Origin: a virus
Taxonomy: Duplodnaviria; Caudoviricetes
Direction: 5' to 3' (one strand)
IMG/VR virus record: IMGVR_UViG_3300014204_000013
Span: 13,181-77,180 of that record
DNA: 64,000 bases
In this document: piece by piece, positions 35,642 through 45,790 of the stretch
Layout of the letters: every line of letters begins with the position of its first letter
Position numbering within the stretch: the first letter of the stretch is position 1
Notes under the pieces: model-generated
What the model saw: the letters and a program-made list of their open reading frames with translations, nothing else
Database searches by the model: none
Told to the model about the DNA's origin: nothing
Made by a program: the position numbers and the translations under genes

Positions 35642-36433
35642 ATGGCCTTTATAATTTTTCCGATAGGTGATGTCTCCCTTAATACCATCCAGGGAGTATC
35701 GGACTACTGGGTGAGACTCCCGGTAAACGCCAAGCCCATTCGCAACATTACTACTCAACTCTGGGGTAGTTTGGCACTGGCCCTGGCCGGTGGAGCAAAA
35801 GGAGTATTCCTTGAATCTTTGAAAGTTGCTGATTCTGTCGTAATCGACAACTGTGAAGATGCATGGGACAGTGCCGTAGCAGCCAACACCACAAATGCGG
35901 TAGACCTGGTTGATTTCAAGGTAGGTACTGCTTCCGTGAAGCATGTTTGTGCCGCAGCGATGGCTGCAGATGTGTTTACCACAGAAGTAGTAGCTCCCGG
36001 AGATCTCGATACCTATACCCATATTGAGGTATGGCTAAAGAGCAGTGTAGATATGGCTGCCGACAGCCTCAGAATTCTACTGGATGATACTGCAGATTGT
36101 GCATCCGTTCTGGAAACCCTAAGTGCTCCAGCCCTGGTTGCAAACGTCTGGAAACACTGCAGAATAGCTCTCGCCAATCCCCAGCTTGACCTGGCCATCA
36201 TCTCTGCCGGCCTCCAATTCCATATTGATGTAGGGGCCTGTAATGTCTGGATGGATGATCTTCGCGCAGTAACTCTTGCACGTTCTGTCGAAGTTCTAAA
36301 AGTGGATGACTTCAATCCAGATGACATGTATTTCGCACTGTCTGCTGGAATTGAATCTGATGACTGCAAGACCAATCGTAAATTGATGGTCTATTACACC
36401 AGCCCTGATGAAGACGATCAGTGCTCTAATTAA
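35642..36433 (+). CDS. virion structural protein with inserted carbohydrate-binding-like domain, paralogue A
   Basis: 263 aa; IDNCEDAW...YTHIEVWLKS...W.H.RIAL..VWMDDLRA. Confidence 0.6.
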   Translation: MAFIIFPIGDVSLNTIQGVSDYWVRLPVNAKPIRNITTQLWGSLALALAGGAKGVFLESLKVADSVVIDNCEDAWDSAVAANTTNAVDLVDFKVGTASVKHVCAAAMAADVFTTEVVAPGDLDTYTHIEVWLKSSVDMAADSLRILLDDTADCASVLETLSAPALVANVWKHCRIALANPQLDLAIISAGLQFHIDVGACNVWMDDLRAVTLARSVEVLKVDDFNPDDMYFALSAGIESDDCKTNRKLMVYYTSPDEDDQCSN

Positions 36434-36445
36434 AGGTGATTAAAA

Positions 36446-37237
36446 ATGTTTTGTATATTTCCAATAGGGGATGTCTCTCTCAATACCATTCAGGGTGTAT
36501 CTGATTATTGGGTAAGACTTCCAGTGGGTGCAAAACCCATCCGTAACATTACCACCCAGCTCTGGGGTAGTCTCGCTCTAGCACTCGCAGGTGGGTGTAA
36601 AGGTGTCTTTATGGAATCTCTCAGAGTTGCAGATTCTGTAATTATTGATAATTGTGAAGATGCTTGGGATGAAGCAGTCGGTGCGGATGTCACTGCTACT
36701 TTGGATAACGTTGATTTCAAAGTAGGAGCTGGAAGCTGTCAGTTTGATTTCGTAGTGGCTACTGCTGCAGGTGCTCTTACCACTGAAGTAGTAGCTCCTG
36801 GCGATCTCGACATCTATACTCACATTGAGTACTGGATCAAGTCCACCAAGGCAACAACTGCGGGCGATCTGACATTGAATGTGGCTGCTGACGCTAAGTG
36901 TGCCACTCCGTTAGAAACTTTGAACGTGCCTGCTCTTACCGCTAACGTCTGGACTCACGTTAGAACTGCTCTCGCCAACCCCCAGCTTGACCTGGCCATC
37001 ATATCTGTAGGCATTGCATATGCAGTGGACACTGCAGATATCTACAGCATTAACATTGATGATATCAGAGCAGTGACCCTTGCACGTTCTGTTGAGGTTT
37101 TGAAGGTGGATGATTTCTCTCCAGATGACATGTACTTCGCGCTGTCTGATGGAATTGAAAATGAAGGGGGTAAGACAAATCGTGTTCTAATGGTATATTA
37201 CACCTCACCGGATGAAGACGATCAGTGCAGCAGTTAG
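36446..37237 (+). CDS. virion structural protein, paralogue B (tandem duplicate)
   Basis: 263 aa; near-identical termini to 35642..36433. Confidence 0.6.
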   Translation: MFCIFPIGDVSLNTIQGVSDYWVRLPVGAKPIRNITTQLWGSLALALAGGCKGVFMESLRVADSVIIDNCEDAWDEAVGADVTATLDNVDFKVGAGSCQFDFVVATAAGALTTEVVAPGDLDIYTHIEYWIKSTKATTAGDLTLNVAADAKCATPLETLNVPALTANVWTHVRTALANPQLDLAIISVGIAYAVDTADIYSINIDDIRAVTLARSVEVLKVDDFSPDDMYFALSDGIENEGGKTNRVLMVYYTSPDEDDQCSS

Positions 37238-37302
37238 AAGAATATTCTTCTAGCCACTTTTTTATAACAAATTATATTAACACATACTACAATGTATCCG
37301 AT

Positions 37303-37731
37303 ATGTCACTATCGGGTAGAAGAGTTACGGTAAGCCCCCCACCAACTCCAACATGTCCTCCAGGACAATCGTATCAAATTGATCATCAGAAATGTGCTCC
37401 TGATTACAATTTGAATTGTCCGGATACCATGATGAGAGATTCTGTTGGAGTGTGCATACCCAAACCGTTGTTATGTCCCAATGGTAATATTGTAAATGGT
37501 CAATGTGTCCCATTACCCGAACCCCCTATACAGTCAGCTCCATGTCCATCTAGTTTTCCTATGGCATCTGATGGTAAATGTATAGGTGCTGCAATCTGTC
37601 CATCCGGATCGAGTATAGTTAATGGTATCTGTAGGACACCTGACATTGTGGTACCAAAAATATGCACACCCGGAACAATTGAAATTAGCGGAAAATGTGT
37701 TGATATTACAAAAATTACTACTGTTTTATGA
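37303..37731 (+). CDS. Cys-rich repeat protein (CPxG..GxC repeats)
   Basis: CPPG, CPDT..GVC, CPNG..GQC, CPSS..GKC, CPSG..GIC, CTPG..GKC. Confidence 0.65.
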   Translation: MSLSGRRVTVSPPPTPTCPPGQSYQIDHQKCAPDYNLNCPDTMMRDSVGVCIPKPLLCPNGNIVNGQCVPLPEPPIQSAPCPSSFPMASDGKCIGAAICPSGSSIVNGICRTPDIVVPKICTPGTIEISGKCVDITKITTVL

Positions 37732-37737
37732 TAGGAG

Positions 37738-38094
37738 ATGTACAAAATGGAATATGGCGTAGCTGTTGGATTAAACGGGTTAAAATCTGTATCTCAAACG
37801 TCTAACGTAGGATCGGCTATAGCAAACGGACTTAATGTGTCAGCTAATCCAGATGGATCGAAAAATGTACATATGGGATATGGTGGAATAATTACAACTC
37901 CTCCTCCAAGTTGCCCATCAACACATGCTGGGTTGTGTATTTTAAAATCCGGGATATCTGAAAAAGCATGTCCATCTGGATCACCTGCAGATTCAGCAGG
38001 GGTTTGTAAAACCTCTGGGGCTGTCATGGAACAAATCTGCCCATCCGGTACAGTTAAAGATTCACTTGGTAGGTGTGTATGGGTTCCACCTTAA
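37738..38094 (+). CDS. Cys-rich repeat protein
   Basis: CPSTHAGLC, CPSG..GVC, CPSG..GRC. Confidence 0.65.
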   Translation: MYKMEYGVAVGLNGLKSVSQTSNVGSAIANGLNVSANPDGSKNVHMGYGGIITTPPPSCPSTHAGLCILKSGISEKACPSGSPADSAGVCKTSGAVMEQICPSGTVKDSLGRCVWVPP

Positions 38095-38095
38095 T

Positions 38096-38323
38096 TTATT
38101 TTAGAAAATTTATTGTACTCCTAATGTCTATCATTATTTTATCTACATCCAAATCTTTATTTACATTTGGTGGAAATATAATAAGTACACCATGGCTCAT
38201 TACTTGTACGGTATCATGATGTTTTAATTTATTTTCTTTACACCAAACCTTTGGCAATGTAACCCGTAACGAAGATCCCCCGGACTGAGTTACCATTACA
38301 TCAGTTAATTTTGGCATTATCAA
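38096..38323 (-). CDS. AbrB/SpoVT/MazE-type swapped-hairpin regulator
   Basis: VTQSGGSSLRVTLPKVWCKENKLKHHDTVQV. Confidence 0.75.
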   Translation of the reverse strand: MIMPKLTDVMVTQSGGSSLRVTLPKVWCKENKLKHHDTVQVMSHGVLIIFPPNVNKDLDVDKIMIDIRSTINFLK

Positions 38324-38432
38324 TAGTCTATATTCAAAGTATTTAACTTATTTCCTAAAAATCATTTATTCATACATACATATTTAACTTATTCAACATA
38401 TCTTTTTATAATTAGCTAAAATATAACTATGT

Positions 38433-39506
38433 ATGACATTTTTTGCCAAACCCGGATATGCCCAGTACTGCCCAGAGGTACTTCCAGAAGTATCAGTGGA
38501 CAATGTAGTGGTAGCAGGTACAGAAATCTGTAAATATGAAAATTACGGGAAGCGCCTTCTCGAAATTCGAAATCTGGTTTCGTCCAGGCCTGCAGCCAAT
38601 CCCATAGAAACCGTAATCCATACAGATATTAGCGGTGAATCCCAAAAGCTATATTCTGCCGGCCAGGGTAACGTCCGGGTTGATATGATTGACACTTTTG
38701 CAAATAAAACCAGAGCACGCGAATTTGTTTCCATTAGACAGAGGAGTGTAGGCGGTGCAGAAGCCAATATTATTAATCGATGTCATGTTGTAGTTCGGAA
38801 TTACAATCTTCTCGATCTTTATCGATGGGGTGTTAAACCTGATGATGCCATTACAGTAATTGATCCAACAAAACAGGAAGCCGATAAACAGCGCATACTG
38901 GCTGCTGCTAACATAGTTGAGCGTGCAACCGTGGGTGAACTCCCTAATCATATCGATCTTCTCAGCCCCTCTATCGAGGAACAATTTGAAGATATCAAGG
39001 AACTAGATCGCCAAATTCCAGCTTTGGCAGCTAACGGTGGCAGCCATGTCCTGGGTGGATCCTGGATTTCAGTGCCTCCCGGCTATGTCGCCGTGATCCT
39101 GGCTGTAGGAATAGACGCGCAACAGATAGTTCTTGATCTGGCCGCAGGCACTGGGCCTTTCAGATGCTGCTACATTTACATAAGTCGCGACGATCTAGAA
39201 AATTACGTTCGAATGGATGCCGCAGGAATGCCAAATATCATGTCAGGCGCTGCAGGGCAGTCTGATTTTGACATGAGAATGTATATCCCCGTGACAAAGA
39301 GATTCCAGCTCCAGATCGTAAATAATCACGCAATAAGTCCAACTGTTGCTAATCTTAGAGTACGAATGAGATACGGTCTTCGCAAGATGACGCTCATAGA
39401 TCATGAAAAGTGGGCAATTCCCTACAACACTAATGATCAGGTTGCAGCAACAGCATTGCTTGAAAAATTTGGAGTCAAGGATAAGGTCATAATTGGCGAG
39501 CAGTAG
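38433..39506 (+). CDS. second capsid-like beta-rich structural protein
   Basis: 357 aa, two beta-rich regions each ending in a basic beta-strand then a helix; own TATA promoter; fold is inference. Confidence 0.45.
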   Translation: MTFFAKPGYAQYCPEVLPEVSVDNVVVAGTEICKYENYGKRLLEIRNLVSSRPAANPIETVIHTDISGESQKLYSAGQGNVRVDMIDTFANKTRAREFVSIRQRSVGGAEANIINRCHVVVRNYNLLDLYRWGVKPDDAITVIDPTKQEADKQRILAAANIVERATVGELPNHIDLLSPSIEEQFEDIKELDRQIPALAANGGSHVLGGSWISVPPGYVAVILAVGIDAQQIVLDLAAGTGPFRCCYIYISRDDLENYVRMDAAGMPNIMSGAAGQSDFDMRMYIPVTKRFQLQIVNNHAISPTVANLRVRMRYGLRKMTLIDHEKWAIPYNTNDQVAATALLEKFGVKDKVIIGEQ

Positions 39507-39513
39507 GGGCACC

Positions 39514-39885
39514 ATGCCAAACTACAGCCACATTCCTTTTTCCATCTACCGCCAATCCTTTGGTGGTGTTGGAGATGCGGGTCTTAAACGTTATGACATA
39601 ATGCAGGGTGACTCATCTCAATCCGGGTTGGGTGTTCCAGCGAAATCTATTGCAATAACCAACCACGGCCCCGGAATTATTTATTATCAACTTAGTTCCA
39701 ATGGAGTTGATATTTCGGTAGTAGATGGTCTTGATTCTGGTCAAGCAAAAATATTCTCTGCAGATGAAGGAGTTTATGTATCAGTGATTTCATTATATTC
39801 AGACAATGCGGCTACTGTATTCTCATTTATCGCAACTCCCGGAATTTGGACAGATGAAGAACTGGCTGACTTATTTGGAGGCTAA
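39514..39885 (+). CDS. small single-jelly-roll-like protein (penton/vertex candidate)
   Basis: AKSIAITNHGPGIIYYQLS...VYVSVISLYS...FSFIA all-beta pattern, 123 aa. Confidence 0.45.
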   Translation: MPNYSHIPFSIYRQSFGGVGDAGLKRYDIMQGDSSQSGLGVPAKSIAITNHGPGIIYYQLSSNGVDISVVDGLDSGQAKIFSADEGVYVSVISLYSDNAATVFSFIATPGIWTDEELADLFGG

Positions 39886-39887
39886 AA

Positions 39888-40931
39888 ATGCCAACCATAG
39901 TAATGTTTACCATCAAGACTGATATCGATAGTCTTTATCTTAGTCGTGATGCAGGGGGGACTTTATTCGTTGATAAAGCATATGCAGGAGCATCGGATAG
40001 CAATGATGGTCTTTCAGCTACTTCACCCAAGCTCACCATCATGGGGGCTGTAAACGCTGCCGGTCCCGGTTGGACTATTCGAATAGCCCCCGGATCATAC
40101 GCTGAAAATGTGGTAATTCCTGCAGGGTCTGATGGAATTCAATTAGTTGGTCGTGCTCGCGATGGACCAAATAAGACATCGATAGCCCCAACTACAGGTA
40201 ATCCGCTTACAATTAATTGCAGTTATGCTGAAATTTCCTATTTGGAATTAGTGGATATAACTGCAATTGCAGGATCTACCTGCCTATCAGTAACTGGATA
40301 TCGTCATAAAATCCATGATATTGCAGTCATGGGTGCTAGTGATGGTTGCATTGGAATTAGTCTTTCTAATGTAGACTACGGAGAAATTCATGACTGCTAT
40401 CTTAATGGAGCATATGTACTTAATGGTATTGGAATTCTCATAATTGGTGATTCCATTGGAACTAGAATATATCATAATTATATAACAAAATGGGGTAGTG
40501 GATCAAGCGATCCAGCTCATGTGCCTGGTGATCCTCTCGCTCATAATGGATATGGCATCGGCAGAGATCATGATGCTCAACGTATTGCGATTGAAGAAAA
40601 CGACATTATAGATAATTTCGTTGGGGTTTATTTCTATCCACCACCCGGAGCTACGGGCCTTGAAGGTGACTATGTAGGCCATAACAATTTTCTGGAAAAT
40701 CGTAGTTATGATGTATGGGATTCACATGCACATCCAACATCTGCTATTGCCATAGACGAGAATTTTTATGGTTATACTACAGGATCTAATAATTGGTATG
40801 ATGATCCCAACGGAGACAACATCGCAGACCTGATAGTTATATGCGGGACCACAAACCGAGATAGACACCCGGTTCCAAGTCCTTATAGTTGGAAGAATAA
40901 CAAAGGAAATTCTAGGGTAGGAGTGATTTAA
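39888..40931 (+). CDS. parallel beta-helix (pectin-lyase-like) spike protein
   Basis: LFVDK..DSNDGLS...PKLTIMGAV..IAPGSYAENVVI; repeated GI.I/I.N strands. Confidence 0.75.
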   Translation: MPTIVMFTIKTDIDSLYLSRDAGGTLFVDKAYAGASDSNDGLSATSPKLTIMGAVNAAGPGWTIRIAPGSYAENVVIPAGSDGIQLVGRARDGPNKTSIAPTTGNPLTINCSYAEISYLELVDITAIAGSTCLSVTGYRHKIHDIAVMGASDGCIGISLSNVDYGEIHDCYLNGAYVLNGIGILIIGDSIGTRIYHNYITKWGSGSSDPAHVPGDPLAHNGYGIGRDHDAQRIAIEENDIIDNFVGVYFYPPPGATGLEGDYVGHNNFLENRSYDVWDSHAHPTSAIAIDENFYGYTTGSNNWYDDPNGDNIADLIVICGTTNRDRHPVPSPYSWKNNKGNSRVGVI

Positions 40932-41050
40932 ATTGGATAAACCCATCATATCTGAAAAGGGTGAATCGCCTGGAACTCTACCAGATGAAGCCCCAATACC
41001 AATTGCAATTGTCAAAAATAAAGTACCAAAAATTGATGAGGTGATGCCAA

Positions 41051-42622
41051 TTGCATGATAAATGTAATCCAACTCCCAACGATGTAGCCTACATCGATCC
41101 ATTTAAAGATTCTCATCTTGACACCACGTTTTGGGTTTCCGCAGTTACGGGTGGTGTAACTGTAACTGAGGGTATTGGTCTTTTATCTATAGACCATGAA
41201 ATTGCAGCCGTAGTAGGATCTGGCAGTATTACAACTCTTAAAAAATTTGGATGGCATCAAACAATTTCTGCAGGTTTGACATTAGTAACCGGATCAATTG
41301 CTGGGGATGGAAATCATGCCGAAGCAGGAATTACCCTTTACAAAGATGCAACCCACTTCGTAAAATTTGGACCATATAGAGACACAGCAGCCGGTACAAA
41401 CCGTCTATCCATGCTTCATTATCAAAATGGTGGAGCAGATAACTATGTTGCTTTTTCAGCTACTATTTGTGATGCTCTTTCTCATCAATATACCATAGTA
41501 ATGCTTGAAAATCGAGCAATTTTATTGTTAGATGGTGCGATAGTTTATGATTTTGAGTTGGTAGGGTTTGTAGATTATACTGTAGCATTAGATGCAACGG
41601 TAACTGCAGTAGGAGATCACGTACATGCTAATTTTGCCAATTTCATGTGCATCAAAAACACAGATTTTATATCATCGTTATTTCAAGCAAACTCTTCTGC
41701 AGCTTTAATTGCTATGCTAACGGCTACCGATCTAGTAGTTGATGATATTCATGCGGATCTTATAACTGTAGACGGCATTGCCGATGATATTAAAGCACAA
41801 GTATTGTTAATGGATACAAAACACATGTTCTCGGGTCATATAGACCTCCCTAACACCACAGCGGTCGAACTTACGTTTGACTCGGCTACTCATGGAGATC
41901 AGTTTGAGTTGGTCCTGGCTGCAGCTCTGGGTATGGGTATAATGGAAAAGGCAGTAGTAAGTGATAATGGATCTTACACCGATTTCACCAGTCAATGCAA
42001 TAGCCTGACAACCAGAGATGTGAGAATGCTTCCTGCAGTTCCAGTAACTAACCAGGATGCTTTCATAGTAATGGCTGCAGCTAAATTTTGTTACATTGAT
42101 GTCTATATGGAAGGTGGAATAGTAAATACCAACAACGTGATCGCTATCCAATACTACAAAGATGATCACACTTGGGTAAACATTCCCGGAGTTACAGATG
42201 GTACATTTGACACCCAGTCTCTGGGTAAGAGTGGTCGTGTAAGTTTCTCACCCCCGGCAGACTGGGATACTCAGACTCTGGATGGATTTACAGGGTATGC
42301 AGTTCGATTTTACGTAACAACCGCAGGCGCAGATGTACCATACGCAACACATATCCAGCTTAGTGATGATACGTCTGAATCATTTGATCAAGTGGCAGGA
42401 GTGTTTGATACCCTATTGGTATATATTAAACGAAATTTCCCAACCATCGGATATCAAACGATGATTGGTGACAAAATGGAGTACGTTCAAGCAATCGGAA
42501 TTAGAGATGTAGATATAAACGGGTATAGATGCTACGGTGATACCAAAATAGGATTTCAACTGGGTGCAACTCCAGGAAAAAATGTGGCCATACCTTATTT
42601 CGGATTTACTCGGAGGCTTTAA
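41051..42622 (+). CDS. receptor-binding or spike protein with ConA-like lectin domain
   Basis: DPFKD..LDTTFW...HQYTIV..RAILLLDG; TTG start after GAGGTGA RBS. Confidence 0.55.
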   Translation: MHDKCNPTPNDVAYIDPFKDSHLDTTFWVSAVTGGVTVTEGIGLLSIDHEIAAVVGSGSITTLKKFGWHQTISAGLTLVTGSIAGDGNHAEAGITLYKDATHFVKFGPYRDTAAGTNRLSMLHYQNGGADNYVAFSATICDALSHQYTIVMLENRAILLLDGAIVYDFELVGFVDYTVALDATVTAVGDHVHANFANFMCIKNTDFISSLFQANSSAALIAMLTATDLVVDDIHADLITVDGIADDIKAQVLLMDTKHMFSGHIDLPNTTAVELTFDSATHGDQFELVLAAALGMGIMEKAVVSDNGSYTDFTSQCNSLTTRDVRMLPAVPVTNQDAFIVMAAAKFCYIDVYMEGGIVNTNNVIAIQYYKDDHTWVNIPGVTDGTFDTQSLGKSGRVSFSPPADWDTQTLDGFTGYAVRFYVTTAGADVPYATHIQLSDDTSESFDQVAGVFDTLLVYIKRNFPTIGYQTMIGDKMEYVQAIGIRDVDINGYRCYGDTKIGFQLGATPGKNVAIPYFGFTRRL

Positions 42623-44356
42623 ATGTCTAATATTGCATCAAAAATTCAAAGTAAAATACAGCCCTTGGATGCCAGAAGCATCCAGGAGGTATGTTTTTTA
42701 GGCGATACTTCAGTATCCGCTAACTTAATAACCGATATACCAAAAAGTATATTGGTTGGAAAATCTCAAGATAGTATTGTCGAAATTAAAAGTATTCAAT
42801 TATCAGATTTGAATGATCAAACTCAACCTAAATGGATAGAAGATTATAACACGGAAATAGAAAAATCAACAGCATGGTTAAAACTGGAAGGCATATTATC
42901 AACTATTAGACCAGTATCAATAATGTCATGTGTTCCATCTGATATGTTTGCTGACGCAGGTGCATTTATTCCAGGTGCTCCTGCACAAATAAATTCAAGT
43001 GGGGAAGCATCAAAAATATTAATTACAGGAATAGGTAATAAAGAAGTTGTGCTTTTTACTGATGCAACCTATTCTAATGCTTATGCAGGATATGCTCTTT
43101 ATCCATCTGTATCCAGACAGATGTATTTATCTCCTGAAGGAAATTTATATATTTTCATAAGTTTAATTTATGGCGGATCTGCACATTCAAGATGTATCTA
43201 TGGCAAATCCACGGATGGTGGAGTTAATTGGGTATGGACCGAAGTTGATCCAACAGAAGCTGAAGGACATGCACATACCGCATTAGCAGTAGACAAATAT
43301 GGGGATATTCATTTTGTTTGGGCAACTACGGATCATACTAATTTGTTATATAAATTAAAACATGCAAAATTAAATGTAAAAACCGGAGTGATTGGTAGCA
43401 TTTCAACCATAAATGACAATGCCAAAATTTGGAATATATGCCCTTCAATTCAAATTGCTTCAGATGGAGAAAAACTTCATATAATGTGGTTGAGCGCAAC
43501 TGATAGTACGGCATATCCAAACATTTATTCTAGAACTGTAAATTTTAATGGTTCACTTGAAGCCATAGAGCAAATTACATCTGATGGTGGATCAAATATT
43601 TCCTATCAATATATTACAATGGATACAGATAATAATGGATATCGACATGTGGTATCCATAGCAAAGAAAAATGCAACCACCGAATTTAATATATATTACA
43701 AATATGAAAATGGTGGTGGATGGCAAGCAGCTCAACAGTTAAATTACGAAGCAGATGAAAATAAAGCAGCTCATTATATGTCTAATATACTTATTGATAA
43801 GAATAACAATATTTATATTGCATATGATATTGGGCCTTTCGATTCAACAACAAAGACCCCATTATACATACGAAAACTTTTTAATGGATCGACCTACCCA
43901 AGGGTTACAGTGCAAGCCGGAAATCCAGATATAGGTGGAACAATCCCTCACATGCAATTTGATAAAAATGAAAATATTACAATTGTATATATGAGCAATA
44001 CCGCTCCTGATACTTATAATGCTAGGAACATAACCAAAAATTTGGAAGTTGGAGATAGAATTATACTCCATGAAGTAGAAGCAGGACATGATCTATCCTA
44101 TATTCACACACCCACTGGTATGTTTCCTAACATTTCTGGCATCAATCCCAATGTAGCTCAACAAAATCTATTTTATGTTTATGCAGATTATGTTACGGGT
44201 GTGCCTGGTGCTATTGATATTAAATTAGGATATGTTCGTGATTGCATAATGGGCAATCCAATTTTACCTCCTAGACTAAATGTTAATAATATAAATATTC
44301 GTGGATCTATAAGTAGATCAAAATTTAATGGTATGGCAAATCCAGCCTTACTTTAA
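42623..44356 (+). CDS. BNR/sialidase-like beta-propeller protein
   Basis: KSTDGGVNW Asp-box; repeated D..G..HxVW/Y blades. Confidence 0.7.
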   Translation: MSNIASKIQSKIQPLDARSIQEVCFLGDTSVSANLITDIPKSILVGKSQDSIVEIKSIQLSDLNDQTQPKWIEDYNTEIEKSTAWLKLEGILSTIRPVSIMSCVPSDMFADAGAFIPGAPAQINSSGEASKILITGIGNKEVVLFTDATYSNAYAGYALYPSVSRQMYLSPEGNLYIFISLIYGGSAHSRCIYGKSTDGGVNWVWTEVDPTEAEGHAHTALAVDKYGDIHFVWATTDHTNLLYKLKHAKLNVKTGVIGSISTINDNAKIWNICPSIQIASDGEKLHIMWLSATDSTAYPNIYSRTVNFNGSLEAIEQITSDGGSNISYQYITMDTDNNGYRHVVSIAKKNATTEFNIYYKYENGGGWQAAQQLNYEADENKAAHYMSNILIDKNNNIYIAYDIGPFDSTTKTPLYIRKLFNGSTYPRVTVQAGNPDIGGTIPHMQFDKNENITIVYMSNTAPDTYNARNITKNLEVGDRIILHEVEAGHDLSYIHTPTGMFPNISGINPNVAQQNLFYVYADYVTGVPGAIDIKLGYVRDCIMGNPILPPRLNVNNINIRGSISRSKFNGMANPALL

Positions 44357-44799
44357 TTTTTTTCTATAGATTCCCCCGTAATAACAACATTTTTTCGTCT
44401 ATCCTTCTGATATATCTCTTCAGGTGTGCTACATATTTCTCGAATATTTGCTATACTGATCACTTTTCCAATACAGGATGATGTGTTGATTACAGCCTGT
44501 TTTGTTTCTATTCCCACCCAACCATCGGTTAATTTAACTATTGCAATGCAATGGCCGTTTGGCTGGCCATCTGGCATTGGTTTGTCTTCTATGATTGCGA
44601 TGCCCATAGTATAACCTAAATTTTGTAATAATTTATAATTTGCAATAGACATATCTACGCAATCGAATATATCTAATTCTGGTTTATATATAAAATGATA
44701 TGAGTTTAATATGCCTTGGAGCTTTACTAATTCATCATTTACCGCTATACTGGGTACGACACTTATCAACATTATTGTAATCATAAGCATTTTAAGCAT
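44353..44799 (-). CDS. secreted transglutaminase-like/cysteine-protease domain protein
   Basis: Signal peptide; FDCVDMS, GHCIAIV, IE triad pattern. Confidence 0.65.
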   Translation of the reverse strand: MLKMLMITIMLISVVPSIAVNDELVKLQGILNSYHFIYKPELDIFDCVDMSIANYKLLQNLGYTMGIAIIEDKPMPDGQPNGHCIAIVKLTDGWVGIETKQAVINTSSCIGKVISIANIREICSTPEEIYQKDRRKNVVITGESIEKN

Positions 44800-44848
44800 A
44801 TCAACCTCATTAGGTAAGCTAATATAAAAGAACCACTAACATATCTAT

Positions 44849-45790
44849 ATGACTCGTCCCACTACACGTTTCCCTCGTTGGCGCTGGCAACAAGTATTAG
44901 ATGAAAATGATCATATTTTACTAGAAGGTGATCAATCATGCTATTTTAACCGCCTCATGGATCTTGGTCAACCAATTGAAGATAATGATGCTGCAACCAA
45001 AAAATACGTAGATGATAATAGCGGAACCGGCAGTGGTGAAATCAACACAGCCAGCAACCTGGGTGCTGGGGATGGACTTTACAGCGCGAAAGTTGGAGTA
45101 GATCTGAAATTCAAATCTCTAACTGAAGGAACCGGCATAACTTTAACTCCCGGAGCTAACGAAATTGAAATAGCATCACATGCGAATACTAATGATCCTA
45201 GCGTGGATGAGAAGGCAGCCATGGCTGGAACTTCAGGCACTGCTCCGGATGCAACCAATCCTTTTGTTGATAATGCTGACACTAGAATGTCTGATAGCAG
45301 GACACCCACTGCGCATAATCATGATGGATCTGCTATTAATGCAGGCACTATAGATGGTGACAGGCTCCCAGCATTGGATGCTGCCAAACGGGGTGGTGTC
45401 CCAGCAACTGGAGTACCTTCGGGTAAATTTTTAAAAGATAATGGTTCTTGGGATGTACCTGTAGCAGCCGGAATAGATGGTCCGTATAGAGTTAAACATG
45501 ACGACGCATCTCCTGTAACTCTTTTTTCTACGACCGAATTCTGTGAAATTAAAATAGTAGCTGCTAAATGTATTGTAGCAGATGCTGCAGCTACTTTAGA
45601 AATAGGATTTGCCGGAAACACAGCAGCTTTAATGTCAAACGTTGAAATGCCTAAGCTATTAAACGGTAAAAAAGTAAATATATTTCCAACAGCTACTATT
45701 GAAGCAATAACCCCAGTTATAGCCACAATTGGCGGTGGGGGAGTAACTGGAGAATGGGATGTTTGGTTCGAAGTTGTGAGGTTTACATGA
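44849..45790 (+). CDS. fibre/spike protein
   Basis: DAATKKYVD, NTASNLG.G.GL...DLKFKSL..G.GITL and KFLKDNGSW motifs common in phage fibres. Confidence 0.65.
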   Translation: MTRPTTRFPRWRWQQVLDENDHILLEGDQSCYFNRLMDLGQPIEDNDAATKKYVDDNSGTGSGEINTASNLGAGDGLYSAKVGVDLKFKSLTEGTGITLTPGANEIEIASHANTNDPSVDEKAAMAGTSGTAPDATNPFVDNADTRMSDSRTPTAHNHDGSAINAGTIDGDRLPALDAAKRGGVPATGVPSGKFLKDNGSWDVPVAAGIDGPYRVKHDDASPVTLFSTTEFCEIKIVAAKCIVADAAATLEIGFAGNTAALMSNVEMPKLLNGKKVNIFPTATIEAITPVIATIGGGGVTGEWDVWFEVVRFT

